A stretch of DNA of 64,000 bases from an uncultured Bacilli bacterium (GTDB taxonomy: Bacteria > Bacillota_I > Bacilli_A > RF39 > UBA660), in the NCBI GenBank assembly GCA_947629165.1, contig CANRCR010000001.1, forward strand, positions 191,297 to 255,296, given 5' to 3'. Shown piece by piece: positions 38,422-48,905 of this stretch (position 1 is its first letter; each line of letters opens with the position of its first letter). The position numbers and the translations under genes are program-made. The notes below the pieces were generated by a model that saw nothing but the letters and a program-made list of their open reading frames with translations, was not told where the DNA came from and ran no database searches.

Positions 38422-39282
38422 CTAGCCAAATAGTGATCCTAATGAATCTCCTGCTGCTGATACACTTGCTCCCCAAGACATAATTGAACTAACTAGAACT
38501 TGCCATAAGATGAATCCAACAACTACTGTTGCAATAACAAGTGCTGGAATAAAGGCATAAGCTAATCTATTCTTATTAATATCGGTTGTTTCGGCAAGGG
38601 CTTGATATAGATAGAATCCAACAAACGATGCTGTAAGGCAAAGAACAATTACTGTTAATTGACCACTAATATAAGATAGAACGATGCAAGCTGCCGTAGC
38701 AACGGTTGCTAGTACTGAAACGGTACCTACTAATGAAATTGCTTTTTTAAAATCAATATTTGCTTTGAAGATAGCTCCAGCAAATACATAAACCATAAGT
38801 GCAATCATGAACCATTCGAAGGCTACAAAGAAAGCTGTATAAAGGAATATTTTCATGAAGTCAATTCCTAAAGCACTTGCTACATTCGTTCCACCAATCG
38901 ATGATAATCCTAAACTTGTCATACTATCGAGTCCTGAATTCATTACTGCAGCTTGATATCCTGCATTGATAAGATTTGTTAGGATGAGATATAGGAATAA
39001 TCCAGCAACTAAAGCGTTAATTACAATTGCCATAATTCCTACGCCCATGTTTTCTGATTTAGAATATTTCTTAAACGTATCTGAAGGTTTTGTAAAGATT
39101 CCTTTTACAATATCGATTAATGATTGGAAGCAAGCTCCAAAATCGAATCCTCCTGTTTTTTGTACTACTACTGTTTGTGTAGCAGGTTCTGTTGCTGTTT
39201 CAACAGCGGTTTCATTTTTAGTACAGTCACAAACTTGACCGTCTTCTAGTTTTTTACCACATTTTGTACAAAATTTTGCCAT
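38422..39282 (-). CDS. zinc-ribbon + Yip1-like multi-TM protein
   Basis: MAKFCTKCG...CDC, IFTKPSDTF (Yip1-like start), about 5 TM helices. Confidence 0.8.
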   Translation of the reverse strand: MAKFCTKCGKKLEDGQVCDCTKNETAVETATEPATQTVVVQKTGGFDFGACFQSLIDIVKGIFTKPSDTFKKYSKSENMGVGIMAIVINALVAGLFLYLILTNLINAGYQAAVMNSGLDSMTSLGLSSIGGTNVASALGIDFMKIFLYTAFFVAFEWFMIALMVYVFAGAIFKANIDFKKAISLVGTVSVLATVATAACIVLSYISGQLTVIVLCLTASFVGFYLYQALAETTDINKNRLAYAFIPALVIATVVVGFILWQVLVSSIMSWGASVSAAGDSLGSLFG

Positions 39283-39325
39283 AATTTCACTCCTTATAAT
39301 TTAATCCTATTTCATTTTTTATTTA

Positions 39326-40624
39326 TTATGAATATCTTGAAAAATATGATAGATTATAACTTAAATCGTATAAATGATATTTACCATCTACATAATCATA
39401 ATCGATTGTTGTTGAATAATTAGAACTTGAAGAATGTGTTTCCGCTCCACTTAAGTACGAATCATACGTAACGGTATAATCGTAATCAATTTTTACGGAA
39501 ATAGATAATCTACCATCTTCATCATCTAAAGAATTAATAGTTACTTTTGTTACATTAAATGCCGTTAGAACTGTGTAATCATAATCGGCAATATTACGAT
39601 ATAGAGAATCATAATCCGATTTTAATCTACTTAAATCAGCGCCATCGTAATTATAACTTTCTTTAACGTTATCCCAAGTCTTTTTATCGATTACATTCTT
39701 ATAAAGGCTATTAATATCTGCTTTTACTTGATCTTGTAATACTTTAACTTGTTCTTCACTTAATTGATCTAACGAATATCTTGCGGTGTAGACATCATAT
39801 TCGGTCGGTGTCTCTTTGTCGACAATGGTAATTCCCATTGGGGTTTCCGTCTTAATTTCTGTCTCTACTTCGAAAATAGCTGGAATTTCATAAACATCGA
39901 GCGAAGTTGTTGATTCTTCTGTATTTATATACTTGGTATCTACTTCCGTTCCATCCAAATATAATTTTGATCCTTTTGGAACACGAACTTCAAAATTATT
40001 AACTACAAATTCGTCCGAATCCATCGCTACTTTCCAAGAATCAAATAATAGTAACTTTTTGTCTTTTTCTTTTACTAGCGTTATATCCATCGTTGATGCT
40101 TTACTTGCATCTTTGGTCGTATATGCTGCTGTAATAGTTGCATTGAGTCCACCATTCGAATATCTAACTGCAGAAAGTTGATAATTGGTTACTTCAGATG
40201 TGTCACTCATTTCACTTTCAAAATAGTTTTTAAATTTTTCTTTTGATACAAAAGTTGTATCATCACCGAAGTTATAATAGTCATATAATTTATCTGCATC
40301 TTTTGCTACCCATGCATTCATGAATTCACTTGCTACATTGGATGGACTAAATTGTCCATTCAAAATTTGATAGCCAGCAAATAATGCTACTACAACAACG
40401 GCTCCTACGATTAAGCCAATTTTCATGCTTTTTGACATTGGCTTCTTTGGTTTTGGTGGGGTTGCTGGAACGGTTTGTGTATTTTCTTCTACTACCGGTT
40501 CTGCTACAACCTCATCTTTTTGTTTTGTTTTCTTTACTGATTCTTCTTTTGGAACACGTGCACCACACTCGGCACAAAACTCAGCACCTTTTTCGAGTTT
40601 GGCGCCACACTCGCCACAAAACAT
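39326..40624 (-). CDS. zinc-ribbon, TM, TcaA/YvbJ-like extracellular protein
   Basis: MFCGECG...FCAECG, TM, SPSNVASEFMNA..KDADKLY, KKLLLFDSWKV, VPKGSKLYLDG are TcaA-like motifs. Confidence 0.82.
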   Translation of the reverse strand: MFCGECGAKLEKGAEFCAECGARVPKEESVKKTKQKDEVVAEPVVEENTQTVPATPPKPKKPMSKSMKIGLIVGAVVVVALFAGYQILNGQFSPSNVASEFMNAWVAKDADKLYDYYNFGDDTTFVSKEKFKNYFESEMSDTSEVTNYQLSAVRYSNGGLNATITAAYTTKDASKASTMDITLVKEKDKKLLLFDSWKVAMDSDEFVVNNFEVRVPKGSKLYLDGTEVDTKYINTEESTTSLDVYEIPAIFEVETEIKTETPMGITIVDKETPTEYDVYTARYSLDQLSEEQVKVLQDQVKADINSLYKNVIDKKTWDNVKESYNYDGADLSRLKSDYDSLYRNIADYDYTVLTAFNVTKVTINSLDDEDGRLSISVKIDYDYTVTYDSYLSGAETHSSSSNYSTTIDYDYVDGKYHLYDLSYNLSYFSRYS

Positions 40625-40649
40625 ACTTCTTTCACTCCTTTTCTACTTT

Positions 40650-40701
40650 AGTATAAGACACTAGTAAAAAAATTACAACAAAAAAACACAATTTTTTTAC
40701 T
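40650..40701 (-). promoter_or_regulatory. sigma-A promoter with overlapping 12-bp inverted repeat
   Basis: TTGTAA-17-TATACT (40678-40650); AGTAAAAAAATT (40663-40674) and AATTTTTTTACT (40690-40701). Confidence 0.5.
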
Positions 40702-40838
40702 TATTTCTTATATTTTTTACAATATCAAGAAATGGTTTTTTTCAAATAATAATAAGCATTTGTACTTTATAATTGCAGTAAAATAAATCATTTTATCTTT
40801 TTTTGATTCAAAACCTTGACGATAAATAAAAAGAAACT

Positions 40839-42257
40839 TTATGTTCGTTTCTTTTTAATTTTATTTTTGATGAAAGAACTAACTTTTTTTACATAAGGTA
40901 AATTATACACCAAGCATATAACTACCGATAAAATAGCTCCCAAAGCACATAAATATATATTTTTACTATAGTAACAGAAGATAATTACCGCAGCACATAA
41001 GAAATAAACGAAAAACATTTTATAATCCAATTTTATTTTCATGTATTTACGAATATCGATATAACGGTAGATAGCCATTGTAAAATAAGCAATCAAAGTC
41101 GAAAGTGATGCCGCATATAGACCAATCAATTTGATAAGAGCTAAATCAATAATGATATTAATCGCAGCTGCAAAAAAGGAAGTTTTGGCTACCTCTTTGG
41201 TTCGCTTCATCGCCACATAAATTGAACCTAATAAAGACACTAAAACATTAAAGATGGTCGCAACGAGCAAAATCGGTATTTGATAATAAGCTCCACTATA
41301 GCCTTCTCCTATAATTAGGAATGAGAATAAAAAAGGCATAAAGGCAATTAAACCTAGACACATCGAAACAAAGATACTCATAATAAAATTAATCATTTTA
41401 CTAAAGTATTCTGCATGATCGTTATCGTTAATATACATTGCTGCAGATTCTTGCCAAGTCATATTTAAAATTCCAAAAAGAGTAATACAAATACTTGAAA
41501 TCTTGTTTGCTGAAGAATAGACACCATTCAAACCAATTCCAAGCAAAACGGTAACAATCACCCGATCCGAGGTATTTACAACCCACCAAGAAAGTTGATT
41601 AGGAACAAGTGGAATCGAATATTTCCAAAGTTTTTTTCGCTCTTTTTTATCATATGCTTTGAGGTCAATATATCGATATAGTTTCTCTTTCCAAAAGACG
41701 AAAATACAACCCGCTACATTCCCAAACAAGGTAGCCGCTAACATACCGTTTGCGCCCCATCCGAAGAACGCAATCAAAATAACATTTAAGATGATAGAAA
41801 AACTTCCCGTGATTAAACTACCGATCGAATAGACTCCATTATGGCCAAATCCTCGGGCAATTTCCAAAAAGATATTGGATAATTCAGCAAAGATTAAGTT
41901 AACTAGTAAGAAATATTGATACGAATTATGTATAAAAGGAGATATTAATAGATAAAATCCTGAAAAAATTAAGGTTTGAAAAAAGGTCGTAACTAAAACG
42001 GTCGTAATGAGTGTTTTCTTTCTTTCTTCTTTTTTTCGTTCATCGATTAAAAAACGAAATAGTGCCTGGTCAATTTGTAAAAATAAAAGTGGTAAAAGTA
42101 AAGAAATACAGGTATTTAATAAGTCGATGGTTCCATATTCTTCCGTGGAAAGTAATGCAGTATACAAAGGAAGTAAGAAAAAACTGATAAACCGGGTCGC
42201 AATTTTTCCCATGGCCACAATAACGGTATTTTTGGCTAATTGTTTTTCACGATTCAC
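40839..42257 (-). CDS. Wzx-type oligosaccharide flippase
   Basis: LAKNT...FFLLPLYT.LLS.EEYG, KYSIPLVPNQLSWWVVN.SDR; 12-14 TM helices. Confidence 0.9.
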   Translation of the reverse strand: MNREKQLAKNTVIVAMGKIATRFISFFLLPLYTALLSTEEYGTIDLLNTCISLLLPLLFLQIDQALFRFLIDERKKEERKKTLITTVLVTTFFQTLIFSGFYLLISPFIHNSYQYFLLVNLIFAELSNIFLEIARGFGHNGVYSIGSLITGSFSIILNVILIAFFGWGANGMLAATLFGNVAGCIFVFWKEKLYRYIDLKAYDKKERKKLWKYSIPLVPNQLSWWVVNTSDRVIVTVLLGIGLNGVYSSANKISSICITLFGILNMTWQESAAMYINDNDHAEYFSKMINFIMSIFVSMCLGLIAFMPFLFSFLIIGEGYSGAYYQIPILLVATIFNVLVSLLGSIYVAMKRTKEVAKTSFFAAAINIIIDLALIKLIGLYAASLSTLIAYFTMAIYRYIDIRKYMKIKLDYKMFFVYFLCAAVIIFCYYSKNIYLCALGAILSVVICLVYNLPYVKKVSSFIKNKIKKKRT

Positions 42258-42358
42258 TTTCTATCCCTCCTTTCCTTTTCCTTTTTCATTGTATCATAGT
42301 TTGTCTTTTCACTCAATGATTTCTTCTTTTAAACAAAAAGACAAGTTACAACTTGCCT

Positions 42359-44890
42359 TTATATATCTAGGAAATCGTCTATCGTCATAAGACGATCATC
42401 AATTTCTTTTAAAGATACAGTCTTCTTTAATGGTTCACTTTTAGTTTCTTCACTCTTCTCTACCATTTCTTCTTTTTTCTCTAATGTTTTTACTTTGAAT
42501 ACTTCGTAAACATTTCCTTTATGGATGGCACTTCCGGTAGAATAACGATCCATAATCGGAAGTTCGGTTAGTTTAATCGTCGTAATATCGTTTCCTTTAA
42601 TTCCAATAAAGTCGCGTGTATCCGTCACCATTACTTTAACGATTTGATATGGATTCGTCTTTACTTCACGAAGTAATAATAATCCCCTTCTTGCTCTCGT
42701 CGACTTTTCAAATTCGAGTAATTTAACACGTTTACCGGTTCCTTTATCGGTAACAACTGAAACATACTCTTCTTTGGTCGTATCAAAGCAAGAAACGCCT
42801 ACTACTTCGTCCTCTTTTAAATTAATAGCCTTTACTCCACTCGTCTTTAATCCCACTAGCGGAACATCATCGCAATCGAACCATAGCCCATAACCGTTTT
42901 TCGTTCCAATAAAGATTTCTTTTCCTTCCGTGAAGAATACATCGATTACTTCGTCTTTATCTTTTAATTTCATACAGGTAATCGGTTTGGTATAACGCGA
43001 TACTTTAAATTCTCGAAGTGGAGTTCGTTTAATCATTCCATGCGTTGTCGTAATCGTTATATCTTGATTGGTTTCGAACGAGGTAACAGGAAGGGCTGCT
43101 ACTATTTGTTCTTGTTCTTCAATTTTAATAATGTTACTTATATGTTTACCTAGATCTTTCCATTTTAAATCCGGTAATTCATATACAGGAACATATAAAT
43201 AATTTCCTAAATTCGTGAAGAGCAAAAGGGTATCTTGCGTATTCATTTCAAAGAGACCTAGTACATAGTCATCTTCTTTGATACTTGGTTCATCCGTTGT
43301 TGCTTGATAACTTCGTTTACTCGTACGTTTTACATAGCCATCTTTCGTTACTACGACAATTACATCCTCTTTTGGAATTAAAGCATCCGAATCAATCGTA
43401 ATATCCGTTATTTCATCTTTAATATCGGTAATACGTGGAAGTCCATATTCTTTTTTAACTCTACGTAGTTCCTCTTTCATCACTTCTTTTAGTTTTTCTT
43501 CATCAGACAAGATTCGTTCGAGACTGGCTACAATCAATTGTAAATTCTTTAATTCTTCTTCGAGTAAGGTAACATCGGTATTCGTCAATTTATAAAGTTG
43601 TAATACGACGATGGCTTCGGCTTGTTCCATCGAAAAATCGAATTCTTTTACTAAATTTTCTTTTGCATCTACTTTGTTTTTACTAGCTCGAATTACGCGG
43701 ATTACTTCATCTAAAATAGAAAGGCACTTAATTAATCCTTCGACGATATGAAGGCGTTTTTGGGCAGTCGCTAAATCGAATTTCGTACGACGGGTAATCA
43801 CTTCTTTTTGATGTCGTATATACGCATCGAGCATCGGGATTAATCCTAAAAGACGAGGTCTACGATTTTCGATCGCAACCATGTTATAGTTATACGAAAT
43901 TTGTAAATCGGTATTTTTTAAAAGATAATTTAATATTAAATCGCGATTGGCATCTTTTTTTAAATCGATGGCAATACGAAGTCCATCACGGTCGGATTCA
44001 TCTCTTACTTCGATGATACCTTCCACTTTTTTATCGATTCTGATTTCGTCGATTTTACGTACCAATAACGCTTTATTTACTTCGAACGGGATTTCGGTTA
44101 CAACGAGTGTCAAGCGTCCTTTTTCTTCTTCGAACAATGTTCTCGCCCGAACAATTACTTTTCCACGACCCGTCGTGTAGGCATCCCGAATACCGTCTTT
44201 CCCTTCGACAATTCCGCCGGTTGGAAAATCGGGACCTTTGACAATATCGAGTAACGTTTCAAGACGGCAATTTGGATTATCGATACGATGAATGGTTGCA
44301 TCGATTACTTCAATTAAATTATGTGGTGGAATATTGGTCGCATATCCTGCCGAAATACCGGTGGTTCCATTTACTAGTAGGTTTGGAAATTTAGCTGGTA
44401 AAACCGTCGGCTCCATAATTGTATCATCAAAGTTAGGGGCAAATTGAACGGTATCTTTTTCAATATCTTTTAATAATTCATTACTTATTTTGGAAAGCCG
44501 TGCTTCCGTATAACGATAAGCAGCAGGACTATCGCCGTCGATCGATCCATTGTTTCCATGCATATCGATATAGGGATGACGACTTTTCCAATCTTGACTC
44601 ATACGCACCATGGCTTCATAAATAGAACTATCGCCATGCGGATGGAAATTACCGATTACATCTCCAACTGTTTTGGCACTTTTTCGGTATCCTTTATCGT
44701 ATGTATTTTTTTCGCGAAACATCGAAAAGAGAATTCGTCTTTGAACCGGTTTTAAGCCATCGCGAACATCCGGAATTGCGCGATCTTGAATAATATATTT
44801 CGAATAACTTCCAAAACGTTCTCCCATAATTTCTTCTAACGAATAATGAAAGATCTTTTCAATAATTTCGTGTGTATTTTCTTTTTTCAT
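42359..44890 (-). CDS. parC: DNA topoisomerase IV subunit A
   Basis: YSKYIIQDRAIPDVRDGLKPVQRR, HPHGDSSIYEAMVRMSQDWK, YTEARL; downstream of parE. Confidence 0.95.
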   Translation of the reverse strand: MKKENTHEIIEKIFHYSLEEIMGERFGSYSKYIIQDRAIPDVRDGLKPVQRRILFSMFREKNTYDKGYRKSAKTVGDVIGNFHPHGDSSIYEAMVRMSQDWKSRHPYIDMHGNNGSIDGDSPAAYRYTEARLSKISNELLKDIEKDTVQFAPNFDDTIMEPTVLPAKFPNLLVNGTTGISAGYATNIPPHNLIEVIDATIHRIDNPNCRLETLLDIVKGPDFPTGGIVEGKDGIRDAYTTGRGKVIVRARTLFEEEKGRLTLVVTEIPFEVNKALLVRKIDEIRIDKKVEGIIEVRDESDRDGLRIAIDLKKDANRDLILNYLLKNTDLQISYNYNMVAIENRRPRLLGLIPMLDAYIRHQKEVITRRTKFDLATAQKRLHIVEGLIKCLSILDEVIRVIRASKNKVDAKENLVKEFDFSMEQAEAIVVLQLYKLTNTDVTLLEEELKNLQLIVASLERILSDEEKLKEVMKEELRRVKKEYGLPRITDIKDEITDITIDSDALIPKEDVIVVVTKDGYVKRTSKRSYQATTDEPSIKEDDYVLGLFEMNTQDTLLLFTNLGNYLYVPVYELPDLKWKDLGKHISNIIKIEEQEQIVAALPVTSFETNQDITITTTHGMIKRTPLREFKVSRYTKPITCMKLKDKDEVIDVFFTEGKEIFIGTKNGYGLWFDCDDVPLVGLKTSGVKAINLKEDEVVGVSCFDTTKEEYVSVVTDKGTGKRVKLLEFEKSTRARRGLLLLREVKTNPYQIVKVMVTDTRDFIGIKGNDITTIKLTELPIMDRYSTGSAIHKGNVYEVFKVKTLEKKEEMVEKSEETKSEPLKKTVSLKEIDDRLMTIDDFLDI

Positions 44891-44900
44891 GAAAACACCC

Positions 44901-45467
44901 CTATTCTGTTATGATACTAATATAATATTGATTGATATTGTGCATTAATTTTTCATCGCATTTTAATTGTAATTTCGTAAATGATTCCCGTAATATTTCA
45001 AGTCGTTCCTTCGTCGACAAAAAGGCATCTTTCGGATTTGCTTCTAAATATTTTAAAATCCGATCCATATAATATAAATTCATTGCCTCTTGGTAACTAT
45101 TTTCTTTGATTAAATCTCCTGCTAACTCTTCGGTTAAGGCAACATCTTTTATATTGTGTAAGTGATTATAACAATCTGGATGCCGCTCTAACAATTCCTT
45201 GATACATTCTTTTTTGGTATAAATAGCACTGTATTTCGCGATTGCTGCATCGATGTCATCCAATCCAATTTTGGCAATTATTTTTGGAAAAATGAGTTCT
45301 ACTTGTTCCATATTTTCTTTGTAAAACAAGTTCTCAAAATCAGTATAAGATAAAGCTTTTCGGGCTTTGGGATTTTCTTCTTTTCGCTCTACTAAATAAT
45401 AAAGAACACTTCCATAGGTACTTAATTCTTTTAATAGATTGGTTATATCTTTTTTTGTTAACGCCAT
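44901..45467 (-). CDS. hypothetical protein between parE and parC
   Basis: 188-aa helical ORF with 16 and 10 nt gaps to its neighbours. Confidence 0.75.
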   Translation of the reverse strand: MALTKKDITNLLKELSTYGSVLYYLVERKEENPKARKALSYTDFENLFYKENMEQVELIFPKIIAKIGLDDIDAAIAKYSAIYTKKECIKELLERHPDCYNHLHNIKDVALTEELAGDLIKENSYQEAMNLYYMDRILKYLEANPKDAFLSTKERLEILRESFTKLQLKCDEKLMHNINQYYISIITE

Positions 45468-45483
45468 GATCCTATATTCCCTT

Positions 45484-47385
45484 CTAAATTATATAGTCAT
45501 CTTCTAGTGAAAATTCAACATTCTCATTAATCCATTCTTTTCTTGGCTCAACGGCATCCCCCATGAGTACACTTACTCTTTTTTCGGCTAAGAGGGCATC
45601 GTTAATATCTACTTGGATTAATGTCCGCGTGCTTGGATTCATCGTCGTTTCGGCTAATTGATCCGCATTCATTTCTCCTAAACCTTTGTAGCGTTGTACT
45701 TCGCATTTTTTATTTCCTACGATTTCTTTCATTTCTTCGGTCGTATAAGCATAGTGATGTTCTTTGCCATCCTTAATTAAGTAAAGTGGGGGCATCGCAA
45801 TAAAGAGATGTCCATGTTCGATTAAAGGGCGCATATAACGATAAAAGAAAGTTAATAGTAAGCACTGAATATGGGCTCCATCGACATCGGCATCACTCAT
45901 GATAATCACTTTGTTGTACTCGGCTTCTTCGATATCAAATTCGGCACCAATTCCTGCTCCAATCGTATAGATCATCGTATTAATTTCTTCATTTTTAAAA
46001 ATATCTTCTAATTTTGCTTTTTCCGTGTTAATTACTTTACCACGAAGCGGAAGCACCGCTTGAAAACGGCGATCTCTTCCCTGCTTTGCCGAACCACCGG
46101 CAGAATCTCCCTCGACTAAAAATAATTCTTTTTTTGTTTTATCTTTGGTTTGCGCAGGAGTTAATTTTCCAGAAAGGGCTCTTTCTTTCGGATTCTTACT
46201 TTTTCCTTTACGCGCTTCTTCACGCGCTTTTCTAGCGGCTTCCCGAGCGGCTTTACTACGAAGTGATTTTTCAATAATATCTTCGGCAATCTTTTTATTT
46301 TCTTCGAGATAAAATGCAAGTTTTTCCGATACGACGGTATCGACCGCAGTACGTGCTTGAGGCGTTCCTAATTTTCCTTTGGTCTGTCCTTCAAATTGTA
46401 ATAAGTTTTCCGGTATTTTTAAACTGATAATTGCCGTTAGTCCTTCTCTTACGTCGCTACCTTCAAACGCTTTATCTTTATCTTTAATAATTCCCCGTTC
46501 TTTACAATAATCATTAAAAACACGCGTGAGGGCTGTCTTAAAACCTACTTCGTGACTACCGCCATCGATCGTTTTAACATTATTTACAAACGAAATAATA
46601 TCTTCGTTGTACGTATCGGTATACTGCATCGCAATATCGACTTCAATTTTATCTTTTACGCCCGTGAAAAGTAATGGCTTTTGTAACGTAACCTTGCCTT
46701 CATTTAAATATTCAATATAGGCTTCTAATCCGTTTTCATAGCAGTATTTTGCCTCTTTCTCGTCTTCTTCATCGATAATTTCAATGGTTAGTCCTTTTAA
46801 TAAAAAGGCTGATTCTTGCATTCGTTCACAGATTGTGGTAAATGAGAAAGTAGTCGATGAGAAAATGGTATCGTCCGGTAAAAAGCGTACCGTCGTCCCT
46901 GTACGATTCGTCGTTCCAATTTGTTTGAGCGGAGAAGCTACTTTTCCACCATCTTTAAAAGTAATGGAATAGATTCCTTTATCTTTATAAATCGTAACTT
47001 CCATCCATTTCGAAAGCGCATTAACTACACTCGCACCAACGCCATGAAGTCCACCGGATACTTTGTATCCTCCACTTTCAAACTTCCCCCCAGCGTGAAG
47101 TACGGTATAAATTACTTCCGGAGTACTTTTTCCAGAAGCGTGCATTCCCACGGGAATACCACGACCGTGATCTTCGACCGAGATACTTTTATCTTTATGA
47201 ATGGTAATCTTTATATAATTTCCAAAACCGTTGATAACTTCATCGATGGCATTGTCGACAATTTCCCAAACAAGATGGTGTAATCCTCTTTTGTCCGTCG
47301 ATCCAATATACATACCTGGACGTTTTCGAACGGCTTCTAATCCCTCTAAGATTTTAATGGAACTCTCGTCATATTTAACTGCCAT
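45484..47385 (-). CDS. parE: DNA topoisomerase IV subunit B
   Basis: LEAVRKRPGMYIGSTD, LSGKLTPAQ, VEGDSAGGSAKQGRDR, PLRGKVINTEK, EPRKEWI. Start MAVKY at 47385. Confidence 0.95.
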   Translation of the reverse strand: MAVKYDESSIKILEGLEAVRKRPGMYIGSTDKRGLHHLVWEIVDNAIDEVINGFGNYIKITIHKDKSISVEDHGRGIPVGMHASGKSTPEVIYTVLHAGGKFESGGYKVSGGLHGVGASVVNALSKWMEVTIYKDKGIYSITFKDGGKVASPLKQIGTTNRTGTTVRFLPDDTIFSSTTFSFTTICERMQESAFLLKGLTIEIIDEEDEKEAKYCYENGLEAYIEYLNEGKVTLQKPLLFTGVKDKIEVDIAMQYTDTYNEDIISFVNNVKTIDGGSHEVGFKTALTRVFNDYCKERGIIKDKDKAFEGSDVREGLTAIISLKIPENLLQFEGQTKGKLGTPQARTAVDTVVSEKLAFYLEENKKIAEDIIEKSLRSKAAREAARKAREEARKGKSKNPKERALSGKLTPAQTKDKTKKELFLVEGDSAGGSAKQGRDRRFQAVLPLRGKVINTEKAKLEDIFKNEEINTMIYTIGAGIGAEFDIEEAEYNKVIIMSDADVDGAHIQCLLLTFFYRYMRPLIEHGHLFIAMPPLYLIKDGKEHHYAYTTEEMKEIVGNKKCEVQRYKGLGEMNADQLAETTMNPSTRTLIQVDINDALLAEKRVSVLMGDAVEPRKEWINENVEFSLEDDYII

Positions 47386-47476
47386 TTTATCATCTCCTAT
47401 CCCATTATAACAAATCAAAGTAAAGAAAAAAAGGAAGATGACAGTTATTTGACAGTCAAAATCCTCTTATTTACGC

Positions 47477-48856
47477 TTATTTTATTTGGTTTAATGTTTC
47501 AATTAACGAACAAAATTCGGTTTGGAGAGCATCTCTCCGTTCAGGACTTTCCGCCTCGAAACGAACGGTAATATTCGGTCCTGTGTTACTTGCTCGAATC
47601 AAAGCCCAACCATCTTCGAAATCACAACGTACCCCATCGATATCATTGATTGGATATCCTTTTTCTTCGGCATACGATTTTACTTTGTCGACGATCGTAA
47701 ATTTGACTTCATCCGGTGTTTTAATTTTTATTTCAGGGGTGGCATACATTTTAGGAATTCCCGCTAGTAATTCACTTACCGATTGATTCGTATGCGATAA
47801 AATTTCTAAAAGGCGAAGTCCTGCATACATTCCCGAATCGAAACCTTTAAATTTATCTCGGAAATAAACGTGTCCTGAAAGTTCTCCTCCAAAGATACAA
47901 TCCCATTCGCGCGTATATCTTTTTGTATATGAATTTCCGACTCTCGAACAAAGTGGCGTTCCTCCTAATTTTTTTATTTCATCAATTAATGTCTTACTAC
48001 ATTTAACATCGTATAAAATACGTTTGTTTTCGTTTGTCGGAATTAAATTCCGTGCAACAATAATCATGTACTGATCCATCGATAGAAATTGTCCTTTTTC
48101 ATCGATTACGCCTAGTCGGTCACCATCGCCATCAAATGCAAGTCCTACATCGGCTCCCGTTGCAAGCACTTGTTCTTTTAAGTACGTAAGATTTTCTTCG
48201 ACCGAAGGATCGGGATGATGATTTGGAAAGTTCGGATCACTTTCACCAAAAAGGACAGTTAAATCGATTGGTAATTTTTCATAGATTTCTTTCGCAAAAA
48301 GGGCGGTCGTTCCATTCCCACAATCAACGAGCACTTTTAATGGACGATCTCCTAATTTTATACCTTCTAATAAAGTTTTTTGATAGTCCTCTTTCACATC
48401 CATGGTAGAAAGGGACCCCATTCCCTCATGAAATTCCTGTTTTAACGTGTAATCTAAAAATTCTTGAATCGTATCGCCACAGGCATTTCCGGTCTCATCA
48501 AAAGCAAATTTAAAACCATTTTCATCTTTTGGGTTGTGACTTGCCGTTACCATTACTCCGCGCGGTATCTGTTCCCTAATACAAGCGTAATAATACATCG
48601 GTGTGGTAGTAAGTCCTAGATTGATAACATCGACGCCACTTTCACGAATCCCGCAAATTAAGGCATTCGCTAATTCTTCGGAAGAAAAACGGTTATCACG
48701 TGAAACAATACAATTTTTATGTCCCAAATCAATTAATTTCGAACCAAAACTTCGTCCAATCGTATAAGCAATATCTTCATTTAAATCACTTGGATACTTT
48801 CCTCTTATATCGTATCCTCTAAAAATATAAGGATTTATCTCTTTCGTTAATTTCAT
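47477..48856 (-). CDS. phosphomannomutase/phosphoglucomutase (AlgC type)
   Basis: IFRGYDIRG, TASHNP, FPNHHPDP, FDGDGDR, GELSGH, RASNT. Confidence 0.93.
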   Translation of the reverse strand: MKLTKEINPYIFRGYDIRGKYPSDLNEDIAYTIGRSFGSKLIDLGHKNCIVSRDNRFSSEELANALICGIRESGVDVINLGLTTTPMYYYACIREQIPRGVMVTASHNPKDENGFKFAFDETGNACGDTIQEFLDYTLKQEFHEGMGSLSTMDVKEDYQKTLLEGIKLGDRPLKVLVDCGNGTTALFAKEIYEKLPIDLTVLFGESDPNFPNHHPDPSVEENLTYLKEQVLATGADVGLAFDGDGDRLGVIDEKGQFLSMDQYMIIVARNLIPTNENKRILYDVKCSKTLIDEIKKLGGTPLCSRVGNSYTKRYTREWDCIFGGELSGHVYFRDKFKGFDSGMYAGLRLLEILSHTNQSVSELLAGIPKMYATPEIKIKTPDEVKFTIVDKVKSYAEEKGYPINDIDGVRCDFEDGWALIRASNTGPNITVRFEAESPERRDALQTEFCSLIETLNQIK

Positions 48857-48905
48857 TTCCTTCGCTCCATTCTATTTTCATTATAACACAAAAAAAGAAG
48901 TGAAT

